NCBI GenBank assembly: GCA_964016885.1
Contig: OZ024758.1
Coordinates: forward strand, 3,782,001 to 3,846,000
Direction: 5' to 3'
DNA from: Eledone cirrhosa
Lineage: Eukaryota
DNA length: 64,000 nucleotides
Of the stretch, positions 45,359 through 59,710 are shown in pieces; the first letter of the stretch is position 1; each line of letters opens with the position of its first letter. The notes beneath the pieces are model-generated. The model was not told where the DNA came from and searched no databases. It saw only the letters and a program-made list of their open reading frames with translations. Made by a program: the position numbers and the translations under genes.

Positions 45359-46394
45359 CCTATATACGTATATATATATTATATATATATATATATATAT
45401 AAAAGCATTAATGTGTATATAAATTGTATGTTTATGTATAAGTTTGTTCGTATATGTTACGGTCACCAAAGAATTGATATTATTCCAGACATGTCTGGCT
45501 TCACCGACCTTACGTTTCTGACAGAATAGAGAATTAGATAGACATTTTCGTTCATACCTAATTTGTTTTGATAGTTTCAGTCCAGAAAAGCACCTAATCA
45601 CACACACACACACCCACACACATGAACACACTCAAGTATACTACACAAAGAGAAATAGCATTTATTCGTACACAAACACAAAAGAATAGAAATCCATATA
45701 TATACATACACATGTGGAAATACGTTAACTATACGCACACAAAGTCCTCTCCATACATACACCATTACTTTAACTGACAAACGCTCTGTATATTTATGAA
45801 ATATACGTATGGGTGTAAATATATGCACGCTTTGTGTTAGTAATCACAATAATCATTATACACACCACACACCACACACAGACATACACACACAGACATA
45901 CACACACAGACATACACACACACACACATATATATATAGAGAGAGATATGACTACATATATATATAGACGTATGTCTATATATATAGACGTATGACTGTC
46001 CATATATATAGACGTATGTCTATATATATAGACGTGTGACTATTTATATATATGTGAGAGAGAGATGTTTGACTATATATATATATAAAGTGTATATATG
46101 TATGTATATGTGTTTGTTCGTATATGCACATTTGCGTGTAAGTAACAGCGAAATTGATGTCCAGATAATGCATTAGCATAGTGGTTCACATGTGAATGAT
46201 ATCTCTTCATTCTATACATTTCATTTATTTCTAGTCTAACATATGTCTTTGTTGAATATGACCATCCATACGTAGAACTATTGAGCAAACTTCCATCAAG
46301 TCACAAGCACTTTTCTTTAAATTTGACGCCCACATTGTATATTATACACGAGGAGATATAACTATAGACGATAAATATTTATGGATATGGATAT

Positions 46395-47175
46395 TATATT
46401 AGTCTATTGGAGTGAAACTACACGGTTGAATGTGGAGAATTTACCTGTTTTTCTTGCGTTTGAATTGGCAGAATCGGTAGAGGGTTGGTCACCATGCATC
46501 GATTCATGGCCATTTACGTTCTGAGTTCATATCCCACCGAGGTTAACTTTGCCTTTCATCCTTACATGGTAGATAAAATAAAGTACCAGTAATGCCTTGG
46601 ATAATTGCTGGCCTTGTGCCAAAAGTAGAATCAATTATTTTAGTCTATTGGCGTGAAGCTACACGGTTAAAGGTGGGGTTTTTACCTGTTTTTCTTTCAT
46701 TATCTATTGGTTAATGCCCTGGGATAATTGCTGGCCTTGTGCCAAAGGTAGAAACAATTATCTATTGGTTAATTGGCAGTATCGGTAGAGGGCTGGACGT
46801 GATGCTTTCTAGCATAGGTACGTCCCTTTACGGTCTGAGTTCAAATCCCGTCGAGGTTAACTTTCCCTTTCATCCTTACGGGCTTGATAAAATAAAGTAC
46901 CAGTAATGTACTGGTTATTTGCTGGCCTTGTGCCAAAAGTAGAAACAATTATCTATTGGTGTGGCACCACATAGTTAAACGTGGGATTTTTAAAAGGTTT
47001 ATTTTATTGTCTATTGACGTAGGGCTACATGGTTAAAGGTAGGTTTTTACACGGTTTCTTTCATGATCTATTGACGTGAGGCTACATGGTTAAACATGGA
47101 GTTTTTACACGGTTTCTTTCGTTGTCTATAGGGGTGAGGCTACAAGGTTGAAGGTGGGGTTTTACACGGTTCATC
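46395..47175. repeat. Diverged minisatellite of about 57 bp carrying three SINE insertions (about 46460-46950)
   Basis: Unit tctattgrcgtgrggctacayggttaaaggtgggtttttacacggtttctttc; SINE consensus matches within the array. Confidence 0.8.
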
Positions 47176-48099
47176 TTTGTTTGTCTATTGATACACACGT
47201 ATACATAGGCACACATACATATATATACACACAGAGTGAGATACACTTAAACCAATATACCTTCAAACTTGTACACACACTGAGCAAGCAACCACTAACG
47301 CACACACACACACACAAACACATACATACATATACAGACGCATATACAGACACACATACATACACAGAGAGTGAGACACACTTAAGGTGCGGATTTTACA
47401 CGTTCTTTCTATTCTTTGTTATTCTTTACATTGATATCTGCATTGCTTTTATAGCCAAAAGAAAGGATGTAGAGAGTAGTTCGACTGGATATCAATATCA
47501 GGAAAATTCACTTAAAATTCACCCTATCATTTTATTAAAGTAACGACATATATAATATAGTATTATATGCATAGATTTCAGAATGGTCAAGATTGAAATT
47601 CAGTTTCATCATTAGTCTTTTCAATCAGTGTCGACCTTTTGAACAATGTATATATGAAAGGCAAATTCTCTCCATCGATAACTATGGAGCGATTCCACCA
47701 AACACTTCAGAGCGAGGAACTGATATATATATGCTCTCTTGTTGACATGTCTAGTGTAAGATTATTCTTCACTCCAGTTCAGCTTTGATCTAGTCGCACT
47801 AGGATTAAATCTATTCCAACGAAAATATTTCTGTCCGCTTAACTCTAGTATATCCAGCAGGTTTTCTGCTGTTGTGTAAACGGTAACGAGATATCTGATG
47901 GAGATTAGACTCCTGTGTCGCTGAGTTTAAATATATATATATATATATATGGTTCTGGTTCAGAGTAAATCTTTGTCATGATGGTTTCGGAATCAGTTTT
48001 GAGTACAGAGTATTCCCTTTTATATTAGAATGAATGTCGTTTTTATAACCAATTTTCTCTCTTTGAATGGGAAACCTAATCTAAGTTACTTATTAAAAC

Positions 48100-48817
48100 T
48101 GATACATGTTCTATATACTTTTTGTTTCCTAAAACAATGCATTGCAATCGCTTTTAGTAATATATGCATGATCAGCAGACGAGAAAGTGTAGTGCATGTT
48201 TATCCAATGTAACATTAAGAATCAGGAAATTTACAATTTTCGTATTTGTTTAAAAACCTGCAGATGTCATTAAAGTTTTGAAGATTACATCACAGATAAG
48301 GAGGCCTATGAACTTTTATATATTTAATTACTATTTTTTTTTATTACTGCTGTTGTTATTATTGTTGTTATTATCATTATTATTATTATTATTATTATTA
48401 TTGTTGTCGTTGTTGGTTATATTTGCACTTGATGCTATTGTTGTTGTTATTTTGTTGTCAATGAGGATACATAAGTTTTGTGTTTTTGAAATATATTATT
48501 AATGCAACATTGGGTGTAATGCATATTTTGTTCCGTTTGATGACTCTTTTGATAAATGTATTCCTATTTTCTATAGCCAGTGTGCATTTGGTTCATGTAA
48601 TAAATTCTATGTGTGGTTTGTTACTTTTAATGTTTGTTCATGTTTTACAGTTTTTGTTATCTGTTATGTTTATTGTATTGAATCTGTTTCTGTATTGTTA
48701 TATAATGTAATCTACTATATTATTTGAATATCCGTTATTGACTAGCGTTTGTTTAATGTATTTTCCTACTGTTTATTTTGTGGAGGAACATAGAAAGGCT
48801 CTCTTCAGTGTAAGGAG
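48100..48817 (-). pseudogene. Decayed Penelope-like retroelement ORF fragment (RT thumb, linker and GIY-YIG endonuclease)
   Basis: Manual translation with stops and frameshifts: [100 protein letters not shown] (YIG codons at 48211-48203). The domain order matches PLEs with a C-terminal GIY-YIG. Bounded by TA arrays. Confidence 0.75.
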
Positions 48818-48957
48818 TATATATATATGTGTATGTGTATAGATATGTGTGTATAGATATATCTATATATATGTGTATAGATATATAGATATATATGTGT
48901 ATAGATATATAGATAGATATATATATATATATATATGTATAGATTTATATATATATA

Positions 48958-48997
<40 letters not shown>

Positions 48998-49162
48998 GAT
49001 TTATATATATATATATATATGTATAGATTTATATATATATATATATATGTATAGATTTATATATATATGTATAGATAGATATATATATCTATGTGTGTAT
49101 ATATATGTATAGATAGATATATCTATGTGTATAGATATATCTAAATATATATATATATATAA

Positions 49163-49215
<53 letters not shown>

Positions 49216-49264
49216 TATGTGTATAGATATATCTAAATATATATATATATATATATATATATAA

Positions 49265-49323
<59 letters not shown>

Positions 49324-49339
49324 TATGTGTATAGATAGA

Positions 49340-49387
<48 letters not shown>

Positions 49388-49699
49388 GTGGACAATGTGA
49401 CTATATCCATTTATTAGTGATTGCAATATAGACTGACGTAAAACATCTGGAAGTTTCTTATTTCTACACGGACATAAAACAAGTGGGATTTTTGAGTCCT
49501 GAGTATATTTATTGAAACTATGCAAGGTATTGAAGTGGGGAATAAATGTTATTTATTGAAACTATGCAAGGTATTGAAGTGGGGAATAAATGTTATTTTC
49601 CATTTTCCGAATCTTGTTTTTTTTAATCATATCGCTATATTATTTCTGTCACAATCACAATAAATGTCACCAAACATATATCATATAAATGGTGAGATT

Positions 49700-49748
<49 letters not shown>

Positions 49749-49769
49749 TATACACATATATATATATAT

Positions 49770-49803
<34 letters not shown>

Positions 49804-49811
49804 ACATACAT

Positions 49812-50013
49812 AGACCATTACTCACCAGAGTTCTCAATATTTGGGGTAGTAGCGTATGGTTTTATTATGAAGAGTCGTGAGCCCGATGGTTTGACTCCGA
49901 CCTTTTCGACAGCTAGATCCGAACTGAATATTTTCCTATTACCCACCCTACTACCCTAAGTATTTAGTACTCCGGTACGTTATCGTTCGCCTGGTATCTT
50001 ATCACACCCTCCT

Positions 50014-50016
<3 letters not shown>
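49812..50016. mobile_element. Family A2 degenerate rearranged copy
   Basis: Pieces in both orientations between TA arrays. Confidence 0.65.
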
Positions 50017-50063
<47 letters not shown>

Positions 50064-51113
50064 AGGTCACAAATGAATAGAGTCGCGTTCTAAATAAGCA
50101 ATCAGCTCAGTGTATCATTCAATGGGAGACGCAACATGAGCAAATGGTTAACACATTTCTTACGATCATAATGTATGGAAGGTTGAGCAAGTCTCGATTA
50201 CTTTAGCCTCAGATTGATTCAAACCATGACAACGAACTTTGATAGACGGAATCTGCGTCGATGGCATTAGCATGGGTTGTACCTGTAATTCAAAGGGTCA
50301 GCGATCTCTTCTCACACACAGTTTTACCATGAATGAACCTTAAAATCACAAGTGTACAAATGCTCGTGGAATGTTTTCCCATTTTGACGCTAATTACTCG
50401 AACTGACTTTTACGCTGAGCTTACAACTGGAACATACATTGTGGAAACTGACTGAGTACCATTTCACTTCATCTTCGCAATTACAGAAATGAAACTCCTT
50501 TTGGTTCAAAGCAAGCAAGGAACAGAGCTCGTACAATGTCAGATAATCGACATTTTTAAAACGATTTACTGGAATGAAACTCCTTTTCGTCTTGTTCAAA
50601 GCAAGCGACGGATATAACTCATACATTGTCAGATAATGCAAATTGTGTAAAACATTTCTAGACATTATAGTGAGATGAATCCTTTACTTAATGCCAACAG
50701 TTTGAAAGCAAGATGCACGTTTCTAGCTTGTTAGAACTCCTCGTAAAGTATAAGATAACCCTATGTTTGGGAAACAATACTCAATATATATATATGTAGA
50801 GAGAATGTGATATTATAATTCGATTTAATCGACACTTATATGATGGAAATGCAGTTTTTTTTATACACCTCAGAATGTCAACAAGAGTGTGAAGGAAATT
50901 GGTTAAATTTCCATAATTAAGATAATGAAAAGGTGTAGTGGTATTTTGACAACTTTCTTTGTTTATATTCCATTGTCTGCTGCGGGAATATGCTGACAGT
51001 TTTAGGAGATGCTTCCGACAGATACTATCGGAAATGAAAAGACCAACGAAGATATAATCCTTGGTCTCATCTAGATAATCAGTTTCTTTGTATATATTTG
51101 TGTCACATTTACC

Positions 51114-51154
<41 letters not shown>

Positions 51155-51939
51155 ATATGTGTGTGTGTGGGGGGGGGGTATGTAGATGTGACACAAATAA
51201 AACGAGAGAAACAAGATGGAAGACAACAAATTAAATCTGAGAAGTTATAAAATGTAAACAAAAGCTGAAAAAAAAAAGACACGCGTTAGTCAAAATATAT
51301 GCAGGAAAACGTACAATGTCTACAATGCAAATATATAGAGCGAATGAAGATGAAAATAAAGTATCTATCGGTTCGGTTTAAGCTATTTATTGAAGACGAG
51401 AACAAACAAGTGTTAGAATGATAAGAAGCTAAAGTATAAATGCGTCTTATGCAGTTAAGGGAACCTTTATCTAGTCGAAATGATGTTTAGAAATAAGACA
51501 AAATCTCAAGAAAATCACACCAACGAAGAATATATTGAACAAAGAATGCACTGAGCCATGATATCTCAAGGATAATGATGGTTTCGGGTATACACCTGTG
51601 ATCATAAGTCTAGTTGATAAGGTATGATATTATGTGAAAGACTCGTTTTAGCAACGACGAACTTCTCTGCTTCAATTACTCACACGTGTCAAGTTATAAA
51701 AGGAGCTATACCATTTCCTGCTAGAAATAGATGTCAGTTCTTTCTCAAAGTACATCGTACTGTCTAAATATATCTAGGCAAGTTTATTTCATATGGAAAA
51801 AATAATAATTGTTTCTACTTTTAGCACAAGGCCAGCAATTATTTCAGTGTATTACTGGTACTTTATTCTATCAATTCTGTCCCCTTCAACATTAATATCT
51901 GTTTTAATACTATTTACTTTATTCTGGTCTTCTCTCACT

Positions 51940-52990
51940 TTGTAGTTTCTCCCCCTTTTTCTGCCTGTCATTCCCTCTTCCCCCTCTCTCTACTGGCCAC
52001 CATTCCCCCTCTCACTCTTTTCTCCCTACTGTCCACCATTCATTCCCTCTACACCCCTTTCCTTTCCGGCTACTGTCCGCCATTCCCTCTCCTCCTCTTT
52101 CCTCCCCCTCTACTGTCCGCCATTCCCTCTCCTCCTCTTTCCTCCCCCTCTACTGTCCGCCATTCCCTCTCCCCCTCTTTCCTCTCCCACTATTGTCCAC
52201 CATTTCCTCTTCCTCGCTTTTCTCTCTCTCTTTTTCTCTCCCTCTACTGTTACCCATTCCCTCTCTCTCTTTCCTCCCTCAACTGTCCACCTCTCCCCCC
52301 TCTCTCCTACTATACATCATTCCATCTCCCTCTCCCTCCCTCAACTATCAACCACTCTTCCTCTACCATCAACCACTCCTCATCTCTCTCCCACTACTAT
52401 CAACCACTCTCCCCCTCTCTCCCACTACTATCAACCACTCTCCCCCTCTCTCCCACTACTATCAACCACTCTCCCCCTCTCTTCCTCTACCCTCTACAAA
52501 CATTACTGATTTAACTACATCAATAGGGTTCTCTATTGATTTTTTTTTTTTTTTCACTACCATTCACCCAATTTCTCCTTTTTTTTCCTCCATAGCTCCA
52601 TCTCCCCCACCCTCATTTACTCTCTTTATCTAACTCCCTCTTAATCTCTCGTTATCTCTCTCTCTCTCTCTCTCGTTATATATATATATATATATATATC
52701 TTTATCTATCTCTCTCGTTTTATCTATTCTCTCTCTCATATTTCAATTTAACGTGGTCACTCTCTCGAATTCATATTCTATTTTACGTGGTCATTGCCTC
52801 TTTCTCTCTCTTTCTCATTCTCTCTCTCTCTAGCTCCCTCTCTCTCTCTCTCTCTAGCTCCCTCTTTCTCTCTCCCTCTTTCTCTCTCTCTTTCGCTCTC
52901 TCTCATTCTCTCTCTCTAGCTCACTCTATATCTCTCTCTCACCCCATCTCTCTCTCCTATTCTATATTACGTAGTCACTCTCTCTCTCTC
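51940..52990. repeat. Pyrimidine-rich minisatellite and (TC)n field
   Basis: Units such as ctactgtccgccattccctctcctcctctttcc and ctactatcaaccactctcccc. Confidence 0.8.
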
Positions 52991-53244
52991 ACAACGATAT
53001 TTGCCTTTGTTTTGTTCTCCACCTTCATCCCATTATTACACTGAACGTTGAAACATAAACTAAACCCACGCATGCGAACACACACACACACACCCACATA
53101 AAATCATACACCCACACAAACACACATAAACGTACACACGCCTCCACTATTTCCACATTCAGAAATACACACATACATGCACATACAGATGCACTCAAAA
53201 TCACTATTCCATGCTCACAAATATACACAAGTACACAAGCACAC

Positions 53245-53278
<34 letters not shown>

Positions 53279-53676
53279 GCACACACATACTAAGACACAC
53301 GCGCACACACACATTTATATATATATATTTACACATATGCATGTACACAAATGCATAAAAACATATACACACATACATACACACACACACACATACATAT
53401 ATACATATACAAACACATACATATATACTCAATATCAGTATTCAACGCTTATTTCAGAAACGCCAATATATAAGCTTTTATATGGGAAAAAACAAGAATC
53501 AACAATTTCTGACTAAGAGGAAAATCGTAAAATAACCCACATACACACATACATACATACACACACACACACATACATACATACATACATACATACATAC
53601 ATACATACATACATACATACATGCGTATATATATATATGCATTATGAGTATAGATATATGTAGTGGTGTATATACG

Positions 53677-53707
<31 letters not shown>

Positions 53708-53732
53708 ATATGTATGTATGTGTATATAAATA

Positions 53733-53783
<51 letters not shown>

Positions 53784-53800
53784 GTGTGCATATACATGCT

Positions 53801-53839
<39 letters not shown>

Positions 53840-53847
53840 ATATGTAC

Positions 53848-53939
<92 letters not shown>

Positions 53940-53973
53940 GTGTGTATATATATATATATATATATATATGTAC

Positions 53974-54011
<38 letters not shown>

Positions 54012-55236
54012 TTGTGTATATATATATATATATATATTATATATACATGTTTGTGCATATATATATATACATGTGCATACATATATATGTGTGTGTGTGT
54101 GTGTATTTATGTGTATATATATATAAATATGCATACTGATATACCTTATATAAATGCGTACCTAGATTCTTATAAACGTACATAGATTCATACATATATA
54201 CATATATTTAAGTATACATACATACATACATACATACATACATACATACATACATACATACATACATACATACATACATACATACATACATACATACATA
54301 CATACATACATACATGTGTTAATTCACATACAACAAAATACAAAGAAACAAACAATGCTGTAAAGTGGGTAATTGATGTAGTATCGATTGAAGATCAGAA
54401 GAGGTGTAGATAGTGATTGGGTTGGAGATGTAAGGGATGATGAAGCGTTGCTGGGGAGGAGAGAGAAACTATGGGGGGGGGGGGTTTAGGGAAAAAGACA
54501 AAAGATGAAGAGTGGCCAACGAAGAAAAGGTAATCGATGTATCTATATATCTATGTATGTGTGTATATATCTATGTATGTACGTATATATTAATGCCTGT
54601 ATGTATATATGCAGGTATGTATATATGCATGTATATAGGTATATATGTATGTATGCATATATGTATGTATGAATGTCTGTAGGCATTTATTTATGTATGT
54701 ATGTATCTGGCTCTCTATATATATGTATGCATGCATGTATGTTTATATATATATATGTGTGTGTGTATGTATGTATGTATGTATGTATATATAATAACTT
54801 GCACACGGGAATTCGACAAAAGGGAAACACTGGGTGTTAGCTGAAGATAATGGACGAAACAGACACAAACTATCTCAGCTGCCATTGTTTGATGAATATT
54901 CTGGTTTTGTACTCTGAGGGCTCGCTCTACTATACTCAGATGTCTGTAGATGTAACTATGGTAGCTACCGAGAAAGGAACGTGGCTTACGAGACTCTACA
55001 AGAGAAGTATTTTTACTAAATCTACAAACAAATAAAATTAATTCCTCGGTAAATACAAGATTGGACATCGCATTCAGGTGTAAATAAAACAAAACCAAAA
55101 ACATCATACTAGGTGGAAAGGATTCGGCTGAACCGCAATTGGAAGAGCTTTAAAACATTCTGAAGAGTTGAAACAAGGGAGAGTGTGTCTTGTAACTCTG
55201 AAGTAAAAGGGAACGAAAAAAATACTTTAGTCCAAA

Positions 55237-55423
55237 ATAATAATTTCTACTTTTGGCAGAAGGCCAGCAATTACCCAAGTGCATTACTGGTACTTTATTT
55301 TTTCGACCCCCGTAATGATGAGAGGCAAAGTTAAGCTCGGTGGGATTTGAACTCAGAATGGCAAGGGCCGTAACTCTATGCGCCAAAGCATGGCGTCCGA
55401 CCTTCTACCGATACCGCCATCCA
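55237..55423 (-). mobile_element. SINE, full length, short tail
   Basis: Reverse-complement consensus match. Confidence 0.85.
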
Positions 55424-55558
55424 ATGTCTTCTTAAAATAATACGAGTGTGATAGCCAATGTCCAACTTCTAAAGATGTCGTACTAGACCGGGGGAGCTTC
55501 AACACAGCCAGTAAGTGATGAGAGGAAGATATATTGACACCTTATTAGTAACCACCAC

Positions 55559-55921
55559 TAGTAGCAGCTTATTGGCAGTGTCGCTAGTGGCGGACAACAT
55601 GCTTTGCGGCATAGATTCACGAGCCTTTACGTTCTCTGTTCAAATCCCGCCGCGGTTAGCTTTGCCTTTCATCTTACGGGGTCGATAAAATAAAGTACCA
55701 GTATCGTACTGGGGTGGATTTAATCGACTTTCCTCCTCTCCCCAAATTACTGGTCTTGTGCCTAAATTAGAAACCATTATTAGTAACCACCACGGCCCTT
55801 GCCATTCTGAGTTCAAATCCCGCCGAGGTTAACTTTGCCTTTCATCCTTACGGGGTCGTTAAAATAAAGTACCAGTAATGCACTGGTTAATTGCTGGCCT
55901 TGTGCCTAAAAGTAGAAATAA
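55559..55921 (+). mobile_element. Two stacked SINEs with a triplicated 17-bp target
   Basis: ttattagtaaccaccac at 55542, 55777 and 55922. Confidence 0.9.
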
Positions 55922-56662
55922 TTATTAGTAACCACCACACAAAGTACAAAGAGAGAAGTATGGAGTAGAAGGGTGACGGAAAATGAGAAGGAGAATAAGA
56001 GAATCAGAGAAACAAGAAGGAAAGAGAGGAGTCTTGTCAAAAAACTATAGCTGCATAATTTTATCAAACCCTACGTTGCGGATATACGTATGAAAGAGAT
56101 TACACAAAATGGATAAGAGAAAGGGAAATAGGTGGGGGATGACAAAGGACTATGTAGGAATCAGGAAAAATGTTCGATATTCTCACGTCAGGGTGATTTA
56201 AAACACTAAAGTCGAGACCGCTATATTATATATTTATAGTCAGTGTCAATGACCTGGATTAAAGAAGCTGAAATGTTTTGATAGTGAATGAGGGTAGGTT
56301 TTGTGAAACAATGATTACATTATCCAGAGCAGCAGCAATGGCAAGAACAGCAGCATCATAAGAGGCACAACAGCATTATAAGAGGCGCATCAACGCCACA
56401 AGAGACACAGCAGCGCCACAAGGGATTGTGCTGTACGGCCACTAGCCCGCGCCCGCAAATGTCTCTGCAAACCTGCTTTGCTCCTGCATACACATTTACA
56501 AATGTGACACATACGAGGCTCTCGGAGAATCCGGAACGCAACCTCCTCCTTATGCACTCTCATAGGCAGCTTGAGCCCAGGTCAGGTCTCTGCCTGTTAC
56601 CGGTACCATGTAGCACAGTATAACCTGTTTCATGGTCGGATGGTCGACGACTATTAATTATA

Positions 56663-56696
<34 letters not shown>

Positions 56697-56700
<4 letters not shown>

Positions 56701-56897
56701 CAAAAAGTAAGGACCCCGACGGCTGAGCTCCGACCGTTTCGACAGCTGGATCCGAACTAGATCAATTCGGATCTACCTGTCGATCCGGCCAGAGCTCAAC
56801 CTTCGGGGTCCTGACTCTTTTCCTATATACCACTCTACTACCTGGTAGTACTCTGATGCGTTATGGTCCACTTGGTATTTTACCACACCCTCTTTGT
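56697..56897 (+). mobile_element. Family A2 fold-back copy
   Basis: Inverted arm plus full body, flanked by TA/TG repeats. Confidence 0.8.
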
Positions 56898-56903
56898 TAT
56901 GTA

Positions 56904-56956
<53 letters not shown>

Positions 56957-56979
56957 ATGTGCATATATACTGTGTGTGA

Positions 56980-57010
<31 letters not shown>

Positions 57011-57609
57011 CGTGTTTCTGCGTTTTACAAAGAGGATTTACGTTAGAAAAAAGAAATGAAGGAAAAGCAAATTCACTTTAAAGATAAATAAAGGTGGTAA
57101 GACATGAGTGAAAAAATAAAGTGATTAATATATATGTGGAAGGAAGGTTGGTGGAAGAAAGAAAATCACGTGATTCGGAGTAGGAACTAATTACAGGATG
57201 TGTGTACACTTCAATAGTATAAATGTTCTTTGTTCTTATTATAGATTTATAGATCCTCTAAGTGCGATGATTTGTAACATAGGCAGAGCACACCTTAAAA
57301 GCCTTGATATTTAAAGTGAGTTCAAGTCCCAGTAGGTTACATCTACCATTCATTGAGAAACTCATATAAAATCAAATGAAATCAAAATAAGTAGAAAAGG
57401 CAAAAAAATAAAGGCTGGTTCAAATAAAGGTCCGTTCTATTTTAAAGTCTGGTTTAATTGAGCGTATCATACTTTAAAACCCACAAAATGTGTAATGTTG
57501 TGTCTATGCTGGAAAATAGGATGCCGTTGTATATATATGTGTGTGTGTATATATATATATATATACACTTTTTCTTCTTTTTCTTCTTTTTCTTCTTTTT
57601 CTTCTTCTT

Positions 57610-57681
<72 letters not shown>

Positions 57682-58224
57682 GGCTGGATAGTATGGGAGA
57701 CTGCAGTAAAAATGTCACATTCATTCGCGAATTCATTAGAGACCGCTCAGGAACCAAGCCTTTTCAATAGACATAATCAGCAAATAACATTTAAGGAAAG
57801 CATATAAGCAGTATCTTGAATTTTGATTACAATAAGCGGATAGTAACTCATTCATATTTCGAATTAACTGTTTTTCACAGTGACGTATGTATGTATATTT
57901 ATCTACACATATTCACCAATACCACCAGTTGAGCCTCGGAAGCTAATCCATCACTATTTCTACACCCAGCACCACCATATAATTCGACCAATACCAAAGT
58001 CTTAAACAGTGTGGAGTGGTTTGATTCTAATGAGCGGATTTCACCTTATTTCACATAAAGCATTTAATCTGAATTAGTTGGACAACAATAACTGCTTCAT
58101 TGCATTATCCAAGATTATAAATAAACAGCCACCACATGTTCCTTCTTTCTTCTGCTTTTGTACTATGTTTTTTCATCCCAACCGCAGTGGTTCGTAAATG
58201 TTACGCCGCATATTTTACATATAT

Positions 58225-58410
58225 TAATTGGCAGTATTAGTAGAGGATCAGACGCCATGCTTTGCAGCAAAGAGTTACGGCCCTTTATGGTCTGAGTTCA
58301 AATCCCGCAGAGGTTAACTTTGTTTTTCATCCTTACGGGGTCGATAAAATAAAGTACCAGTAATACACTGGCATAATTGCTGGCCTTGTGCCAAAAGTAG
58401 AGACACTTAT
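58225..58410 (+). mobile_element. SINE, full length, short tail
   Basis: Consensus match. Confidence 0.85.
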
Positions 58411-59068
58411 TTAAAACTTTAGACAATCTATACTAATGCTTCAGAATCTTGTAAAGCTGATTCATAATTTTATTATGGAAGTGTATAAGGAATAAACCAG
58501 CGTGAGCATTGTTTCTTTATATACATATTTTTGTTCTTCTCTAAATTGTAAACTTTAAAACACATGTAAAATGTTTGTTTTTTCTTATGCAAAGTGCGCC
58601 AGTAATGTTACAGTTGATCTCCGGGGACTCATGAAGTAATATTACATTACCACTCGCAGAAAAAAAACAAAAAAACTATTAGATTTTTTTACAACTCTTT
58701 CGTTACAAGGTCTGAATCAAGAGCGCTTCTTTCATTGTATATATATATTCAATTTAACTAAGATTTTATAATTGTTTACAACTTCCAATTAGTTTGTGAA
58801 TATAGCATATATTATTTAGGCACACACAGGGTGGTGAATAAGCAGTATCAGTTGATTATCGGACATGTTTTGAGGCCCAGAGATACGTCCCTTTCTAATT
58901 ATTCTAATTACAAATCCCTCTGAGGGTACATTTGCCTTTCATCCCTAATTGGGTTAATAAGATGAAGTACCAACCAGTAATACACTGTGATCATTTAAAA
59001 GTCCTTCCCTCCACTGACTGATTTGTGGGCCTTGTGGCTCGATCAGAAAGCATTATTATACACACGCA

Positions 59069-59182
<114 letters not shown>

Positions 59183-59212
59183 AGATCAAAAGATGGTTAA
59201 AGGAGTTCCAAG

Positions 59213-59283
59213 TATTTTATTATGCGCATTTCAAAAACAAATATCATCATGGGATGATATTTGCGTTCTCATCAGATTAAATA
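59213..59283 (-). ncRNA. Type I minimal hammerhead ribozyme motif (family C)
   Basis: Minus strand reads tatttaat CTGATGA gaacgcaaatatcat-cccatg-atgatatttgttttt GAA ATGCGCAT A ataaaata. Stem I 7/8 paired, long stem II, palindromic stem III, AUA triplet (H17 = 59221). Confidence 0.8.
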
Positions 59284-59330
59284 GGAAGACATGATATGAA
59301 GCTTAAAAAACACTTGCGAGCAGTGAAGTG

Positions 59331-59365
<35 letters not shown>

Positions 59366-59370
<5 letters not shown>

Positions 59371-59416
59371 ATACTAATAAATGTGAAGACTAAAATCCGA
59401 AGAGGGCTCGATAAAA

Positions 59417-59457
<41 letters not shown>

Positions 59458-59557
59458 TATATATATATATATGAATATATATAAAAATCGTAGAACAGTT
59501 TCAGAAGAAAGGTGGAAGCAGCGATTCTTTGCTTAGGATTTAATCTGTTATATTAAT
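59366..59557. mobile_element. Family B copy, inverted 3' part plus direct 5' part
   Basis: Homologous to 60036-60198. Confidence 0.75.
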
Positions 59558-59667
59558 ATATATATGTATATATAGTATAAGAATAAATGAACAAAGAACC
59601 AGTATCGCATCATAACATATTTAATAACATATCACATATGTTTCACTGTCGATCTTGAACCTCTACA

Positions 59668-59710
<43 letters not shown>

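Noticed and set aside
49509-49600. 45-bp exact tandem duplication (also a diverged pair of about 87 bp at 50486-50660)
   Set aside because: Ordinary local duplication with no further structure.
50995-51075. Three-stem hammerhead-like arrangement
   Set aside because: The core (TAGGAGA, extra A) and stem I do not fit.
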